A stretch of 64,000 nucleotides of DNA from Callorhinchus milii (taxonomy: Eukaryota), in assembly GCF_018977255.1 (NCBI RefSeq), contig NW_024704743.1:115570001-115634000 (forward strand), in the 5' to 3' direction. The notes below the pieces were generated by a model. It was not told where the DNA came from, ran no database searches, and was given only the letters and a program-made list of their open reading frames with translations. The stretch's first letter is position 1; every line of letters starts with the position of its first letter. This document shows positions 38,027 through 51,330 of this stretch, one piece after another. The translations under genes were made by a program, and so were the position numbers.

Positions 38027-39025
38027 ATGATGAAATTCTGTAATATGTATTAGTGGGTCCAAAGTTCAGACTATCTTGACTAAGGTTTAATACAGAACAG
38101 GGATACAGCAGGTTGATCAAATGAAACTGTTTGCAAGCTCAGCTGCAACGGGTACACATAGTATATATATGTATAATATATAAATAATATGTGAGAGTTA
38201 TAAAATCTCTTGTGAAAGAACTCTTTCAGTCACACATGGCTAAATGCTGTAATCTTTAGTTTTTATAGGATACAACTTGGGCGGAAAGTTTAAAATGAGA
38301 GAATTCTCTGATTTAATTGCTTTTTGAGTTTGGGTGAAGTTCGAGACCAATATCTCACAAACCATTCATTGGAGTTTGGATTTATAGCTTTTAGGATGGA
38401 TTAAGGCAGACAGTCTCGGCACATTTTTATGTTGTTCTATCAGGATCAGTGATTTCAAATCTTAACATTAGAGTAGTGGTGCCAAAGGCTTTTTTCCTAT
38501 CTGATTACTTTAGTGGTGAGAATTTTTTAGATGGAAACAAGAGCTTAACTCAAATCCACTGGCATCAGATAGTGTCCTCTGTAATTTAAACAGGTTTGGG
38601 ATACTCAATAGTGGTCTAACATGATCCATTCAGAAGCTAAGTTAGTTTACTATTTATGTTTGCTGCCTTGGGTTTCATTTTCCCATTGCAGTTGAAATTT
38701 AATCAGCTCTTAAAGGGTATTGCAGTGTAACTCTGTTCTCTATACTGTGGAGTTGCCTATAACACCATAGACCCACAGTATACAGAAGTGCAGTACACTT
38801 CTTGCACCCAGTGCTGATTTGCCATCTTCCTGCACATGGTGTGCCGATGCAGAGGGAATGTTGATGTCAGTGCTGTTCCCAGCAACTATTGAAAATGTTC
38901 ACAAGAACAATTACCACTTACTGGTTGACCTTCTACTCGTGTATGAATTTTCCAGTGGATCCAGAACAGTACGGCACTGTCTTATCTTAAAAAGCTCTGT
39001 TTTAAATTTGTACAATGGGACTTAG

Positions 39026-39160
<135 letters not shown>

Positions 39161-39639
39161 TAGACTTTATTAATATACTAGCCTCTTTTTCGGAAATAAA
39201 ATAATTCATTAAGTAAAAATTGCAAACCAAGCATAATTCTATCTTGGTATTGTGGAACCCCGTTATAACACAGTAGGTGCTTGGGTTGATAACATCCCAA
39301 CCAAAAAGACGGCTGGCTCATTGCTTCAAAATATTGCCTGGCGAACAAGAATTAAAACTGGCCAACATCCGGGTCATTGGGTCACTGGTATCACTTTCTG
39401 GGAACTGGCAGAAAGTAGAGATGATGATTTGAAGCTCCACTGGAGCTGTTGCTCTTTTTTTGAGTAAGTAAAAACGGAGTCCACATTCCAATTATGCTAC
39501 AAACGAACCCATGTAATTACATGTTAGAAAAAAGTATTATTCAAAAGTGTAGGTTGGAAAGGTAGCAGTGTTACAGATTAAAGGTAAACATAGCTCCCAA
39601 CTCAGAACCTGTGAATAATCTTTGTGTTTTGTTTGACCC

Positions 39640-40150
39640 TTAGTATTTCATGACTTCTCTCCCAATCTTCCACCTCTGCATTATCACTTACCTTCACCCT
39701 GACCCCACTCCTAACCTTCAATCAAGTTACTGTCACTCACTGATTTCTCCAAAGATTTGCTCGCTGGTCTATCCAGCTTTACCCTCTGTGAGCTCCAGCC
39801 TATCCAGAACACTCACAGCCCATAATTTTTCCTGCACCGAGTTCTCCAAGCCCATGACTCCTGTCCTTGTGCGGCGCCACTGACTACTATTCTTGACCAG
39901 ATTGATTTCAAGATCTTCATTTTAACTTTCAAATCCCTGCACTTCCTTGCTGCAGTCTGCCTCTGATATCCAGCAGGTCTGTCCCGCATCTCTGTGAAGT
40001 AAGGTCTGCTGTATATCCCCATCCCCTTTACCCTACCATTGGCCCGCAAGTTTTCAACCACTTCGCCCCACTCTGGAACACTCTTCCAAAATTCCTCTGC
40101 CTCATACTCGCCCTCCTCTGCTTTCAGAACTCTTCTTAAAAACATGCCTT
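39640..40150 (+). mobile_element. Old L2 3' fragment ending just upstream of the last kinase exon
   Basis: Decayed similarity to the other L2 copies (atccagaac, gatttcaagatcttcattttaactttcaaatccct, ctctggaac). Confidence 0.65.
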
Positions 40151-40183
40151 TATGGCTGTTATTGAAACGCAAGTGGTTATTGA

Positions 40184-40414
<231 letters not shown>

Positions 40415-41019
40415 TAGGAGCAGGTTCTCATTCCTGTGATGTTTTACTGATTATTATTTCCAGTATGATTTGACTTTAATACTGTTATCAAGTAGAACTA
40501 ACAAGGAGTATTGATTTGCTAGATGGCGCCAAAACAGAGAACATTCAGAAATCAATAGGTGGTGCTACCGAGTGAGAAAGGTTTTAATAAAGTGGCTATA
40601 ATTTTATTTAGGAGATGCTAGATTTATGCACTATTTCCATATATTAAGGTTCGCGCAAGATGATTGATTATTTTTTGGTATTCCTACTGAATTGTTGCAG
40701 CAGCATATAACGTGGTGAAAGATGTCCTGTATTTCCATCCTTTTATTCCCTATTGAAGTGTTTCATTGATTTGCAAGTGTAACAATGGTGTGAAGAACTG
40801 AAAGGTGGTGTCAGAGTGTACTGATGTACAACTGATGTACATTCCAGGTGGAATAGATATTGATGCAGGTTTGATTTCTGAAATAATTTTGTGATTTCTC
40901 GAAGGGTAGACTGCTAGCACTCGTGTTTAGCTCTTATATGGTATCTGACATTGTGTCAAACGGTACAGCCTTGACATCCAAACATTACTGTTCTTGGATG
41001 TTGCATTTATAGTCCAATT

Positions 41020-41680
41020 TATAATCCGTTGCCTTTGTTCCTCCGGGACTGGCCTCCTCCAAGTCCTCTGCTCCACCCTTGGCAGCCGTGCCTTCAGCCA
41101 CGATGCCCCGAGGCTCTGGAACTCCCTTCCTCACTCCCTTCGCCTCGCTCCCTCCCTTCCTATTTTCAGGTCTCTGCTGAAGACCTTTCTTTACGACCGT
41201 GCCTTTGGTCACCTTCCTCCCCCTTCCCCTGGCTCGGTCCTGGGATCCATTACTGTGAAGTGCTCTGAGACGCCGGCCGGCATGGAGGGCGCTATATAAA
41301 TCCAAGTTGTTGTTGTTACGTGACTAGAACTTAAACAACAACAACAAAATTACATTTATAGAACGCCTTTAACGTCGAGAGGACGTCCCAAGGCGCTGGA
41401 CAGTCAAGGGTCAGGACCTGAGCATGGAGGAGGGATGGGGTAGGAGTGAGGGAAGGCAGAGGGGTGGGAGGGCGACTGAAGGCACGATCGAAGAGGAGGG
41501 TCTTGAGACCGGCCTTGAAGGAGGCAAGGGAGGAAGCGAGGTGAAGGACTGTAGGATGGAGTTCCAGAGTGTGGGGGCAGAGAGGCTGAAAGGCCAGCCA
41601 CTGATGGTAGGGCGGGTCGGGCAGGAGACATAGAGTAGGCTGGAGCCCGCTGAACGGAGGGAGCGGGCAGGTTGGCAGGG
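41020..41680. mobile_element. Two L2 3' ends arranged tail-to-tail (+ 41020-41317; - 41335-41680)
   Basis: The (gtt)n tail of the plus copy faces the (aac)n tail of the minus copy across about 17 nt. Confidence 0.9.
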
Positions 41681-42034
41681 AAACCAGATTGGTTAAAATA
41701 TGAAAGGCACAGTAATGGAAACGTCACTAGGCATGAGTAAAGTGAAGCTTCCCCTGAAGCTATGCTGTTAGTTTACTGTTGTCATTGAAAAGAGTGAAGT
41801 GGAAATATGATATTCCGACTTTTTTTCTTTAAGTGTTTGCATTCATATAGTACTGATTTATACATCTAATATGAATTGTCTAGTACCATTCCTTGATCTG
41901 TTCATTGAACTTGTATTTATGAATCAATATAGATACGCCGATCAGGATACTGACGAAACTTTGCCCAGAAAACCAGCTTCCTTTTATTTGTCTTGCTACA
42001 AATGGCGTTATAATCTATTATTATTTATTGTATA

Positions 42035-42240
42035 AGCTTGGTACAGATCGTAGCACTGTCATCTGTTGATTCAGGAGGTTGTAGGTTCAAGACCCACATT
42101 AGCACTTGAATCTCATATAGTCTGGGCTGACACTCCAATGCAGTTTTGGGGGAGCGTGGCAGTGTTGGAGATGCCATATCTTGGTTGCGGTTTTAACCAA
42201 GGTCCTTTCTGCCAGTTCAGCTCGTTAAAGATCCCACAGC
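42035..42240 (+). mobile_element. DeuSINE-like SINE 5' half, truncated by an L2 insertion
   Basis: Motifs gtagcact...ggttgtaggttcaagacccac...ggctgacactccaatgcag...aaagatccca. Confidence 0.75.
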
Positions 42241-42366
42241 ACAACAACAAATTAAATTTGTATAGCGCCTTTCATGTCAAGGACGTCCCAAGGCGTTGCA
42301 CAGTCAGGGATTTGGACCTGAGCTGGGGGTTGGGATCAGGAGGGGTGGAGGGTAGGAGTAGGAAGA

Positions 42367-44213
42367 GCTAATCAGCAATCTGGAAGTTAAAGCTCCTCTA
42401 GGGCAGAGTGACCATAACATGATGGAATTTAACATTAAGTTAGAGAGTGATATAGTTGAATCTGAAGCAAGGGTCTTAAATTTAAATAAAGCCAACTTTG
42501 CAGGTATGAGAGAAGATTTGGCTAAAATAGATTGGAAAATTAGATTAAAAAATATGACTGTAGACCAGCGATGCTAAACGTTTAAAGATATAATACATAA
42601 TTCCCAGCGATCACATATTCCCTTGAAAAATAAAAATACCATGGGAAAAGTGGTTCAACCTTGGCTAACTAGAGAAGTTAGGGAATGTATCAAATTGAAG
42701 AAGAGGCCAATAATACTGCCAAAAAGAGCAGTAAACCTGAGGATTGGGAGAGCTTTAAAGACCAGCAAAGGAAAACCAAGAAACTGATTAAGAGGGAGAA
42801 AATGAAATATGAGGGTGAACTAGCTAGGAGCATAAAGACAGATTGTAAGAATTTTTACAAGTACATAAAGAGGAAGAGACTATCAAAAGTGAATGTGGGT
42901 CCATTGAATGCAGAGAAAGGAGAAATTATAACGGGGAATAAAGAAATGGCAGAGTCATTAAATAATTATTTTGCTTCTGTCTTCACTTTAAAGGACACTG
43001 AAAACTTACAGAAAATAGAGGGGAACCTGGAGGCTAATGTTAATGAGGAACTTAAAGAAATGAACATCAATAAAGCAATAGTACTAGAAAAATTGATAGG
43101 ATTAAAAACTGATAAATCCCCTGGACCTGATGGCCTGCATCCTAGGGTTTTAAAAGAGGTGGCTGCAGAGGTAGTGGATGCTTTGTTTTTGATCTTCCAA
43201 AATTCCTTGGATTCTGGAATGGTTCCCAGTGATTGGAAGCTTGCAAACGTAACGCCGATATTTAAGAAGGGTGGGAGACAAAAAATAGAGAACTATAGAC
43301 CAGTTAGTCTGACATCGGTGGTAGGGAAAATTCTAGAGTCCTTAATTAGGGACATCGTCGTGGGGTACTTAGAAAACCATAACATGATTAGGCAGAGTCA
43401 ACATGGCTTTACGAAAGGGAAATCATGTTTAACAAATCTTATAAAAAATTTTGAGGACGTAACTGGCTGGTTAGATAGGGGGGAACCAGTAGATGTGGTG
43501 TATTTAGACTTCCAGAAGGCATTCAACAAGGTGCCACATAAACGGCTGTTGCATAAGATTAGAGCCCATGGAATTGAAGGTAATATATTAGCATGGATTG
43601 GAGAGTGGCTAACAGGAAGAAAACAGAGAGTAGGGATAAACAGGTCCTTCTCAGATTAGCAGAATATGATTAGTGGAGTGCCACAAGGATCAGTGCTTGG
43701 GCCTCAATTATTTACAGTCTATATCAATGATTTAGATGAGGAAATAGAGCTTAACATCTAAATTTGCAGATGAAACAAAGTTAGGTGGGAGAGTAAGCTG
43801 TGAGGATGACACACAAAGAACGCAAAGGAAATAGACAGGCTAGGCGAGCGGGCAAGAAGGTGGCAGATGGAGTATTACGTGGGGAAGTGTGAAGTTATTC
43901 ACCTAGGTAGTAAAAATAGAAAAGCACAGTCTCAAAATTAAGAGTCAGCCTTTTCGAACTGAGTTGAGGAAACATTTCTTCACTCAGAGGGTAGTGAGTT
44001 GGTGGAATTCTCTACTCCAAAAGGCTGAGAATTCTCAGTCCTTGAACATATTCAAAACTGATTTCTAAATAGATAGATTTCTAAAGGATAGAGGGATTAA
44101 GGGATATGGGGATTGGATGGGTAAATGGAATTAGGTTAGAAGATCAGCCATGATCTTATTAAATGGCGAAGCAGGGCCAAATGACCTACTCCTGCTCCTA
44201 GGTCTTATGATCT
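42367..44213 (+). mobile_element. CR1 LINE ORF2 remnant (324-aa RT segment 42685-43659) nested in an L2
   Basis: Peptides KSPGPDGLHPRVLKE, NYRPVSLTSVVGKILE, QHGFTKGKSCLTNL, VYLDFQKAF, GVPQGSVLGP and FADETK. Stop at 43657, frameshifts, an internal deletion near 43928, and a CR1-type 3' end. Confidence 0.95.
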
Positions 44214-44603
44214 TTTGGTCAAAGGCACGGTCAAAGAGGAGGGTCTGGAGATGGGCCTTGAAGGAGACAAGGGAGGGAGTGAGGTGAAGGGACTGTGGGA
44301 TGGAATTTTCAAGGGTGGTGGCAAAGAGGCTGAAGGCCTGACTGCTGATGGTGGGACTGGTCAGGCGGGGGACATGGAGCAGGCCATAGCTGTGGAGCAG
44401 ACAGGTCGATATGGAGTTAGTGGGTCACATCGGCAGGGCTTTTAAAGCGAGAAAGAGGATTTTGAACTCTTATCTTCTGATGCGGGAGACCGTGAGCTGC
44501 AGAGTTCTGGATGATTTTTGAGGGAAGAGTTGGGCTGGCCGACAAGCGGGGAGAGGCAGTGGCAGAGGTGGGCGAAGCAGAGCGGGTCATGGCACGGATG
44601 TGG
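44214..44603 (-). mobile_element. L2 fragment, continuation of the copy whose tail is at 42241-42366
   Basis: Resumes at aaaggcacggtcaaagaggaggg, the segment that follows the tail in the other minus-strand L2 copies. Confidence 0.8.
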
Positions 44604-45669
44604 TGTAGAAAGGACAGATGAGATCAAACAAGACGACAAGGTTCTAGCTCGTTGGAAAACAGAATTGAACATTTAGGAAAAAAATGTCAAGGACACATTT
44701 GAATTTGGCTGTGTGAATTTGATGCTTCTAAAATGAGCTGGTCTGGATATATAGAAGTAATATTTGCTTGATTCACAGTATTATGACCAATCTTTGTCTC
44801 TAAATACTTGTTGGTTACCAAGGTGATATTATTTAATTGACGGAAGTTGGGTGGGGAAGCAGTAAGTAAGAACATGTTTCAATGAATTAGTGTTATTGTT
44901 TGGCCTTTTTAGTGGTTTGGCAGGAGTTACTGTGTCTGACCTATGTCCCAGATACCTTGGTAGTTTCTGCCAATATCGAGATATCTAAGTTTAATGATCA
45001 CATATCCACTTCATTGCATGAATAATAATACATTAATAAGTGGGATGTAGACAATTGCAATTGAGACATCAAAGCATTTCTAGTTCACCCATCTGTGTTT
45101 CACGCAAAGGGGGATAGGTATTAGGGAATACATAGATGTCATTTTTAGTGCATTAACTGTATTGTTTCAGTGGCTTTTTATGGGAAAATTGAGCCATTTT
45201 TCTACATGAGGCATCTATCATAATTAGTCTGAATGTGCTCAAAGGAGATTCTGTCACTGGCTGAGTGCAAAGAGGGTCCTCAGACCCTCTGCATTTGTTG
45301 AAAATTCCCAATCTAAGAATCTTGCATCTCTGTGAGATCCTGTACATCAGGGACTATTGTTATAGGAGAAGGTGGGACAGGTATGACACAGGGGTCCTCA
45401 TGAGTGGATGAATCTGACCAAATGAGGCTGGCTTTCTTGAGGCTGTCCCTGCTGGAAAACCTTTTTATCCTCAAAGCCTATAAGACTGAGAGGAAACGGT
45501 GTGTTTTTTGATACCAACATCATGTCTATAATCCAATCGGGTGTGAAATTCCAAGTAAGACTTATTACCTACACGTTACTCATCAGGATTTGTCATCCAG
45601 TTCCTCAGCGGTTTTTGTAGGCACTGTTGTAGGCACTCTTGTAGGCCAGCCCATATTTCACAGGAGATG

Positions 45670-45945
45670 GTGTCTAAATTCATGAAGACCTTAGCCAAGT
45701 TTCCTTACTCCACATGCCTCTGTTTACCTAGTAGGAAGTAGGAACCCGATTGTTTGTCAATTAGTGGTTCACTTTCTGGGGGTAATAATCCCTTTAAAAA
45801 AAATGTAAAATAATAATTTGGTCACTCAATCCATGACTGTTTGTGGGACACTGCTGTGTGCTGCTGCACTTCACAAAATATACAGTCAATTCACTCGACA
45901 GTATATTCTGTGAAGCGCGTTGATATATCTCAATGTCCTGATGGA
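45670..45945 (+). mobile_element. tRNA-Ala/CORE-like SINE family copy with decayed head
   Basis: ccttagccaagtttccttactccacatgcctctgtttacctagtaggaagtaggaacc followed by the tttgtgggacactgctgtg tail region. Confidence 0.75.
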
Positions 45946-46129
45946 CTATTCTTCCTTGATCACTGAAACCCTGGTTAATGAACATGAATCCAGAATAAGA
46001 AAAGTCATTTTGTCCTTGTGGGGATTTTACCAAATTTTCCTTTCATCTGTGTGGAAGAAATTGTTGAACTGTGAGTATGTTTCTTTTCGTGAAATAAAGC
46101 ATTACTAAGCAACCCCGGGTAAGCAGGGT

Positions 46130-46360
46130 CTCCTTGGAGTTGAATTGAATTCAAGGTGACACGTTTGGCAATGGAATGTCTGAATTGAGCCAACTCTGTG
46201 TGGCAGTCTCTGTTGTTCAGTTCCTGAGCCAGGCGGATCCGCAGTACTCCAGGACACTGTTGATGACAGTCTGGCTAATCGACAGGACTTGGAAGAGCAG
46301 ACCAGTCACTGGGGGCAAGGACTCTTCCCACTAAGCTCCTGGTAACTAACCCTGCAAGCT
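46130..46360 (+). repeat. Unclassified interspersed repeat, copy 2
   Basis: Collinear with 1950-2160. Confidence 0.7.
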
Positions 46361-48939
46361 GAAGCCTTAATTGATAGGAATCTCCTAGTGGGACAAGCAG
46401 CAGGAAAGCTTACCAGACAGTAGTTTGATTGGCAAGCTATGCAGTTTTAGCTGGTTGAATTCCAGAAGTTACCCCAATGCATGCTCTTGCCAATCTGCGC
46501 CTAATACTCTCTGGAATTAGGGAAGCAGGGAGAGATTGCACCTTCCATTCCAATAAATATTTCTGGAATTTCCATGTATAGGTGGGATGCATGGAATTCT
46601 CAGTTTGGTTTGGATACTCTTAATCATGTTAATGGTCAGACAATCAGCTAACCAAGAAAAATTGGAATACCAATTGTACAATTATTGGTGTTATCTTTTG
46701 ACGAGTTTCAAGGAAAATGCTGCTCACGATTTATTGCAATAGGTGTGCAGCTCACAATGCCCACCAGTGTAAGTGTAATTGTCATTTTATTGCTGATCTG
46801 GATGAATAGCAAGGTTGCAAACCTTTTCATCCCTAAAGATCACTAAAATGCAATGCAGCTGTACATAAAATTGAAAGGTAGTAATTTATCGTACAGCCTA
46901 TTGTGGTCACCGTGCACCACTGAAATATAAACCAACACAATAATATCAAACGTATGCCATTTCCGCCAAGGTGTGTGTTGGAATTTATGATTCTTTTGAG
47001 TTATTTGAAAGGATCTAAAATATTATGAACTAAAATTGCTAATTTTTTTTACAAAAGTGATGGAACCTTAAAAATTGTATCATACAGTATACCAGCATCT
47101 TGGGTGCTCTCCTGACATGAAAAGCGTTATATAAATGTAAATTTGTATTGTATAAGCCTAAAATGGGGCTTCGATAATCTGCCAAAATTACCTATTCTAA
47201 TTCTGATTCTCTGTTTTTTCTCTATTTTATTCTTCAAACGTTCATCCAATTTCACCATTCTGTATTGTTAAGTAGGAAGCAGTTCCAGAGTTTCACTTCA
47301 TGACATTGAGAGGCTTAGGGGAAGGAGGTAGGAAGGTTGTTGAATTTCCTGTCTTAATTAGTGCTGTGGAACCATGGTGGATTGGATTGTACAGTTGCCT
47401 GAAGAGAAGGTTAATGAGCCGAACTAGTCTTTTATCCCCGTAGTTTTTTATATCCCTGTGTAAATAAATGTGCAGCATTTGGCATTACTGCTAAATTCTT
47501 GGACTTGTTGATGGATTTTTGTTTAATGGAAGATTTGCAAAGGAAACAGTAGCAGGAATTTGTTATGAACACCCAGATATTAGCCAGGCAACAGTGAACT
47601 CGATGGTCTTAAAAATGGGTGTTACAGAAATGCTTCCTGATCTCAAATTTATTTTCATTTAACTTAACATAGCACCCTATCATGTTGTCAAGATGTCTCA
47701 AAGCGCTTCACAGGATATTCTGTAAAGTGATGTGGGGGATGTGTGAATGGGTGTGCATATGCATATCATGTATAATATAAATGATTACAATTTCTGAGTC
47801 CTGAATTCAAATGTCACCTGTTAAAATGTATATTTTTTTTACATGACTTATTTGAATTCTGCTTCATTAGGCTTTACCACATATGAATCAAACCTAAAAC
47901 TTAAATGAGCATAAAATCTGAAATCTAACAAAGCATTGTTTGGGATCCTGCCAAATATCAACAGAGCACAAATTCAATTGCTTCGATCTACTTTTCCCAA
48001 GAGTGCCCTTTAGCAAAATAATAAAATGCAGGAAGGAATATTCTGTCGTAGCAATTTGGGAAGGGAAGCATTTAAAATGTTAATCACTTCAAACTCATCT
48101 CTGCTGTTTACTTAAACAAATTATTCACATTTTGAAATAGTTAGGAAGGGTTTACTCAATCAATCAAGCATTTAATAATGCTCTCTCCAGGGCAACCACA
48201 ATAACCAGAGTAATTGTGGAGAGAGCATTATTAAAGTAGGCCTATTTACCCGATAACAATAATTCTTCACTCACATGTTTTTTTTAAAAAAAGTCAAGTA
48301 ATTGGAACATTTTGAAGCAAGGGGCTATACTTTATTTATTTGATTTATCAGTAAGGAGGTATTAGTGACCACTAACCAATCCTATTACAATGGTATTTTT
48401 TGTTAACTATAAATTTGCTCTCCCTCTTCATCCCCCTCCAACCCTCCCTCCCCTTCCCCTCCCACACACAAACGAACTTGTACAAAAAATCTTAATATCA
48501 AGCTTGAATGTAACTAATGCTTCAATCTGTAGGTTTAATGGCAAGCTTCTTGTGTTAAATTATAGTTTGTGTTAGTTGTGTCAGCAGTCCTGTGACTCAT
48601 TTATACTGTTTGATCTGCTGTGGTCTCCCTACCTCAGTGACTAACCCTTAAAATAAGCTGTAAGGACTGGCTTCCTGGAACATTTGGTTTGTTATAAATG
48701 CAGGAAAATATTGAAATTGACCCTGATCCATAAAGCAAATAAAAATGAGCCAGAATCCTTGCACCCACTTCAGCAAAACACTGATCCTGATTACAACAAA
48801 TCAGGAGACTTGCTTGTTTCTAAAAAAAAACCTGCACATTTCAATGGGGCAAGAATAGAAAAGCTATGACAGGGTTTTTAAAGAGTAATGGGCAATCTAT
48901 AGTATTTTCTCAGGCACTCTTGCTTCATTATTTCCATAC

Positions 48940-49930
48940 AACAACTTGCGTTTATATAGCGCCTTCATGCGGGTAGCATTTCTGAGCTCTCAAGACCGGT
49001 GTGGCTTGACAACAACAACAAAATTACATTTGTAAAGTGCCTTTCACGTCAGAATGATGTCCCAAGGCGCTGAACAGTCAGGGATCAGGAGCCGAGCGTG
49101 GGGGGTAGGGTTGGAATGAGGGAGGGCAGAGGGGGAAGGAGGACGGCTGAAGGCACTGTCAAAAAGGAGGGTCTTGAAGGAAGCAAGAGAGGGAGCAAGG
49201 CGAAGGGATGGAATTCCAAAGAGTGGGGGCAGAGCCCGGCCACTGATGGTAGGGTGGGTCGGGCGGGAGACTTGGAGCAGGGAGGGAGCAGACAGGTTGA
49301 TAGGGGCTCAGCAGATCAGATATGTAGGAGGGGGCAAGGCCATGGGGGTCCTTGAAAGTGAGGACGAGGAGGATTTTGAATTCTATCCTCTGAGGGATGG
49401 GGAGCCAGTGGAACCGGGCGAGGGTGGGCGTGATGGGGTCACGGAGCCTGGTGTGGGAGAGAACACAAGCTGCAGTTCTGGATGATCTGCAACTTGTGGA
49501 AGGAAGAGTTGGGGAGGCGACAAGGAGGCGATCAAGCCTTGAGGTGACAAATGCATGTATGAGGGTTTCGGCGGCCTGAAGGTTGAAGCAGTGGCAGAGT
49601 TGAGCAATGTTGGGGAGGTGGGGAAAGGCAGAGCGGCTCATGGCACGGATATGGGGGAGAAAGGACAGCTGAGGGTCGAACAAGATGCCCAGATTCCTAA
49701 ACTGGCTTGGTGAGGTGGAGTGTGCAACCATGGATGCTGATGCTGCCAGTGTCTGAGGTGCTGGCATGAGTCAATCAAGAAGTCCTCAGTCTTGCTGACA
49801 TTCAGAGCCCTGAGGAACACCACACGAGACTGTGCGGGGGCTGGAAGAGAAACCAAGCTGAAAGGAGAGGGGAGGTGACCAAAGGCACAGTCAAAGAGGA
49901 AAGTCTTTAGGCATGATTTCAAGATGGGCA
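48940..49930 (-). mobile_element. L2 LINE 3' fragment(s)
   Basis: Peptides RNLGILFDPQLSFLPHI, AETLIHAFVTSRLD and FHWLPIPQRIEFKIL; (aac)n tail at 49010. Confidence 0.92.
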
Positions 49931-50585
49931 AAAACTAGTGTTAAAATGATGAAAATGTATCATATTTATGGAAGAACACACCTGCTTCCTACGTCAAGAA
50001 TTCTTTTGATAGTCTTGACAAGGCTGTCTTCATTGATAGTTGTGGATGGTGACTGCATGGAACCATAGAAATTTATAGCAAAGAATGAGGACCTGTCGTA
50101 TCTGTGCTGGCTCTGTGAAACAGTGATCCATTTAATCCCATTCGCAGCCTTTTCACCACACTGCACTCAGCCCTCCTAAAACAGGACACTGGACTATGAG
50201 GTACTTTGTGAATGCTTTAACTTGAACCGATTTTACATTGCAATGTGTGAGAGGGTTTGTAAGCTGATGTTATCCAGGTATAATACTGTAGTCTCTTTGT
50301 TCCATTCAGGTCAACCTGCAAACTGTTTTAGATCATCTGATTGATGTTTAATGATGATTTTAGCGTTTACCTTTTTGGCCATTGGAAATTTAAGTTGATT
50401 GAAGTTGAAGTGTTTATCAGACTTCAGATATCGATAAAAGGCTAATCCAGAATAAGGATAGTCTTCTGTTTTCCACATTTCTCTAATTCTATCCAAAGTA
50501 TTCACTAAGGAAACACTTACAGTTTGTTTAGTTGCATTACTGAATTCTTGTGATGTGTGCTAACATTGTTTCAACGAAGACCATA

Positions 50586-50912
50586 TAATAATAATAATAA
50601 TAATAATAATCCTTGCATTTGATATAGCGCTTTTCACGTCGGGAGGACGTCCCAAAGTGCTTCACAGAGCACACTGTAAAGTGAATTGAATGTATATTTG
50701 TGGGCGAACGCGGCAGCCAATTGCGCACAGCAATGTCCCACAAACATTCGTAGATTGAAAATGACCAATTTATTATTGTTTTGGGTTTTGGAGGGATTAT
50801 TATTTGGCGTGTGGAGTAAGGAAACTTGCCCAAGGTTTCGCCCTCTGCCTGGAATTGAACTCAGGTCTCTCACTTGCAAAGCGAGTGCTCTAACCACTGA
50901 ACTACAGGACTC
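50586..50912 (-). mobile_element. tRNA-Ala-derived SINE
   Basis: Minus-strand head GAGTCCTGTAGTTCAGTGGTTAGAGCACTCGCTTTGCAAGTGAGAGACCTGAGTTCAATTCC (TGC anticodon); long (att)n tail. Confidence 0.87.
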
Positions 50913-51094
50913 CACAAATAGGATAGTACCTGTATATTCAGCAAGGAATCTTGTGATTGTCTGATGTGGTTGTCTGATAACCTCTGAGCAATTTAGCTGA
51001 GCCTGGTTTTGTGGTATTATCAAATTATGTATTGTATAATCTCTACATATGCTTTGTTAAATACTTTTTAATTCAACCTGATCATTCATCCGTT

Positions 51095-51330
51095 TGTTTG
51101 CCTGTTGAAGATCCAACGGCACTATTTGAAAACAGAAGGGATTTTATCCTGGGGTTCTGGGCAAAAATCGCCCAAATAAAACTGCTCATTTACTTGAGAG
51201 CTGTTGTGGGACGTTGCTGTGTGCAAATTGGCTTCCGCATTTGCCTATAAAATACCCAATCACTACATGTTACAGTAAATCCTGACATTTTCCTGACGTG
51301 AAAGGTGCTATATAAAATGTAAGAATTATT
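51095..51330 (+). mobile_element. DeuSINE-like SINE 3' half
   Basis: Motifs aagatccaacggcactatttgaa...gtgggacgttgctgtgtgcaaattggct...gtgaaaggtgctatataaa. Confidence 0.75.

Noticed and set aside
42685..43659. 324-aa reverse transcriptase ORF as an active or domesticated gene, or a retron-like system
   Set aside because: It is a standard CR1 ORF2 segment that stops before the catalytic motif and is flanked by frameshifts and a deletion.
45616..45647. Short tandem repeat (ttgtaggcact.)x3 as a CRISPR-like array
   Set aside because: There are no spacers and the context is a eukaryotic intron; this is simple slippage.
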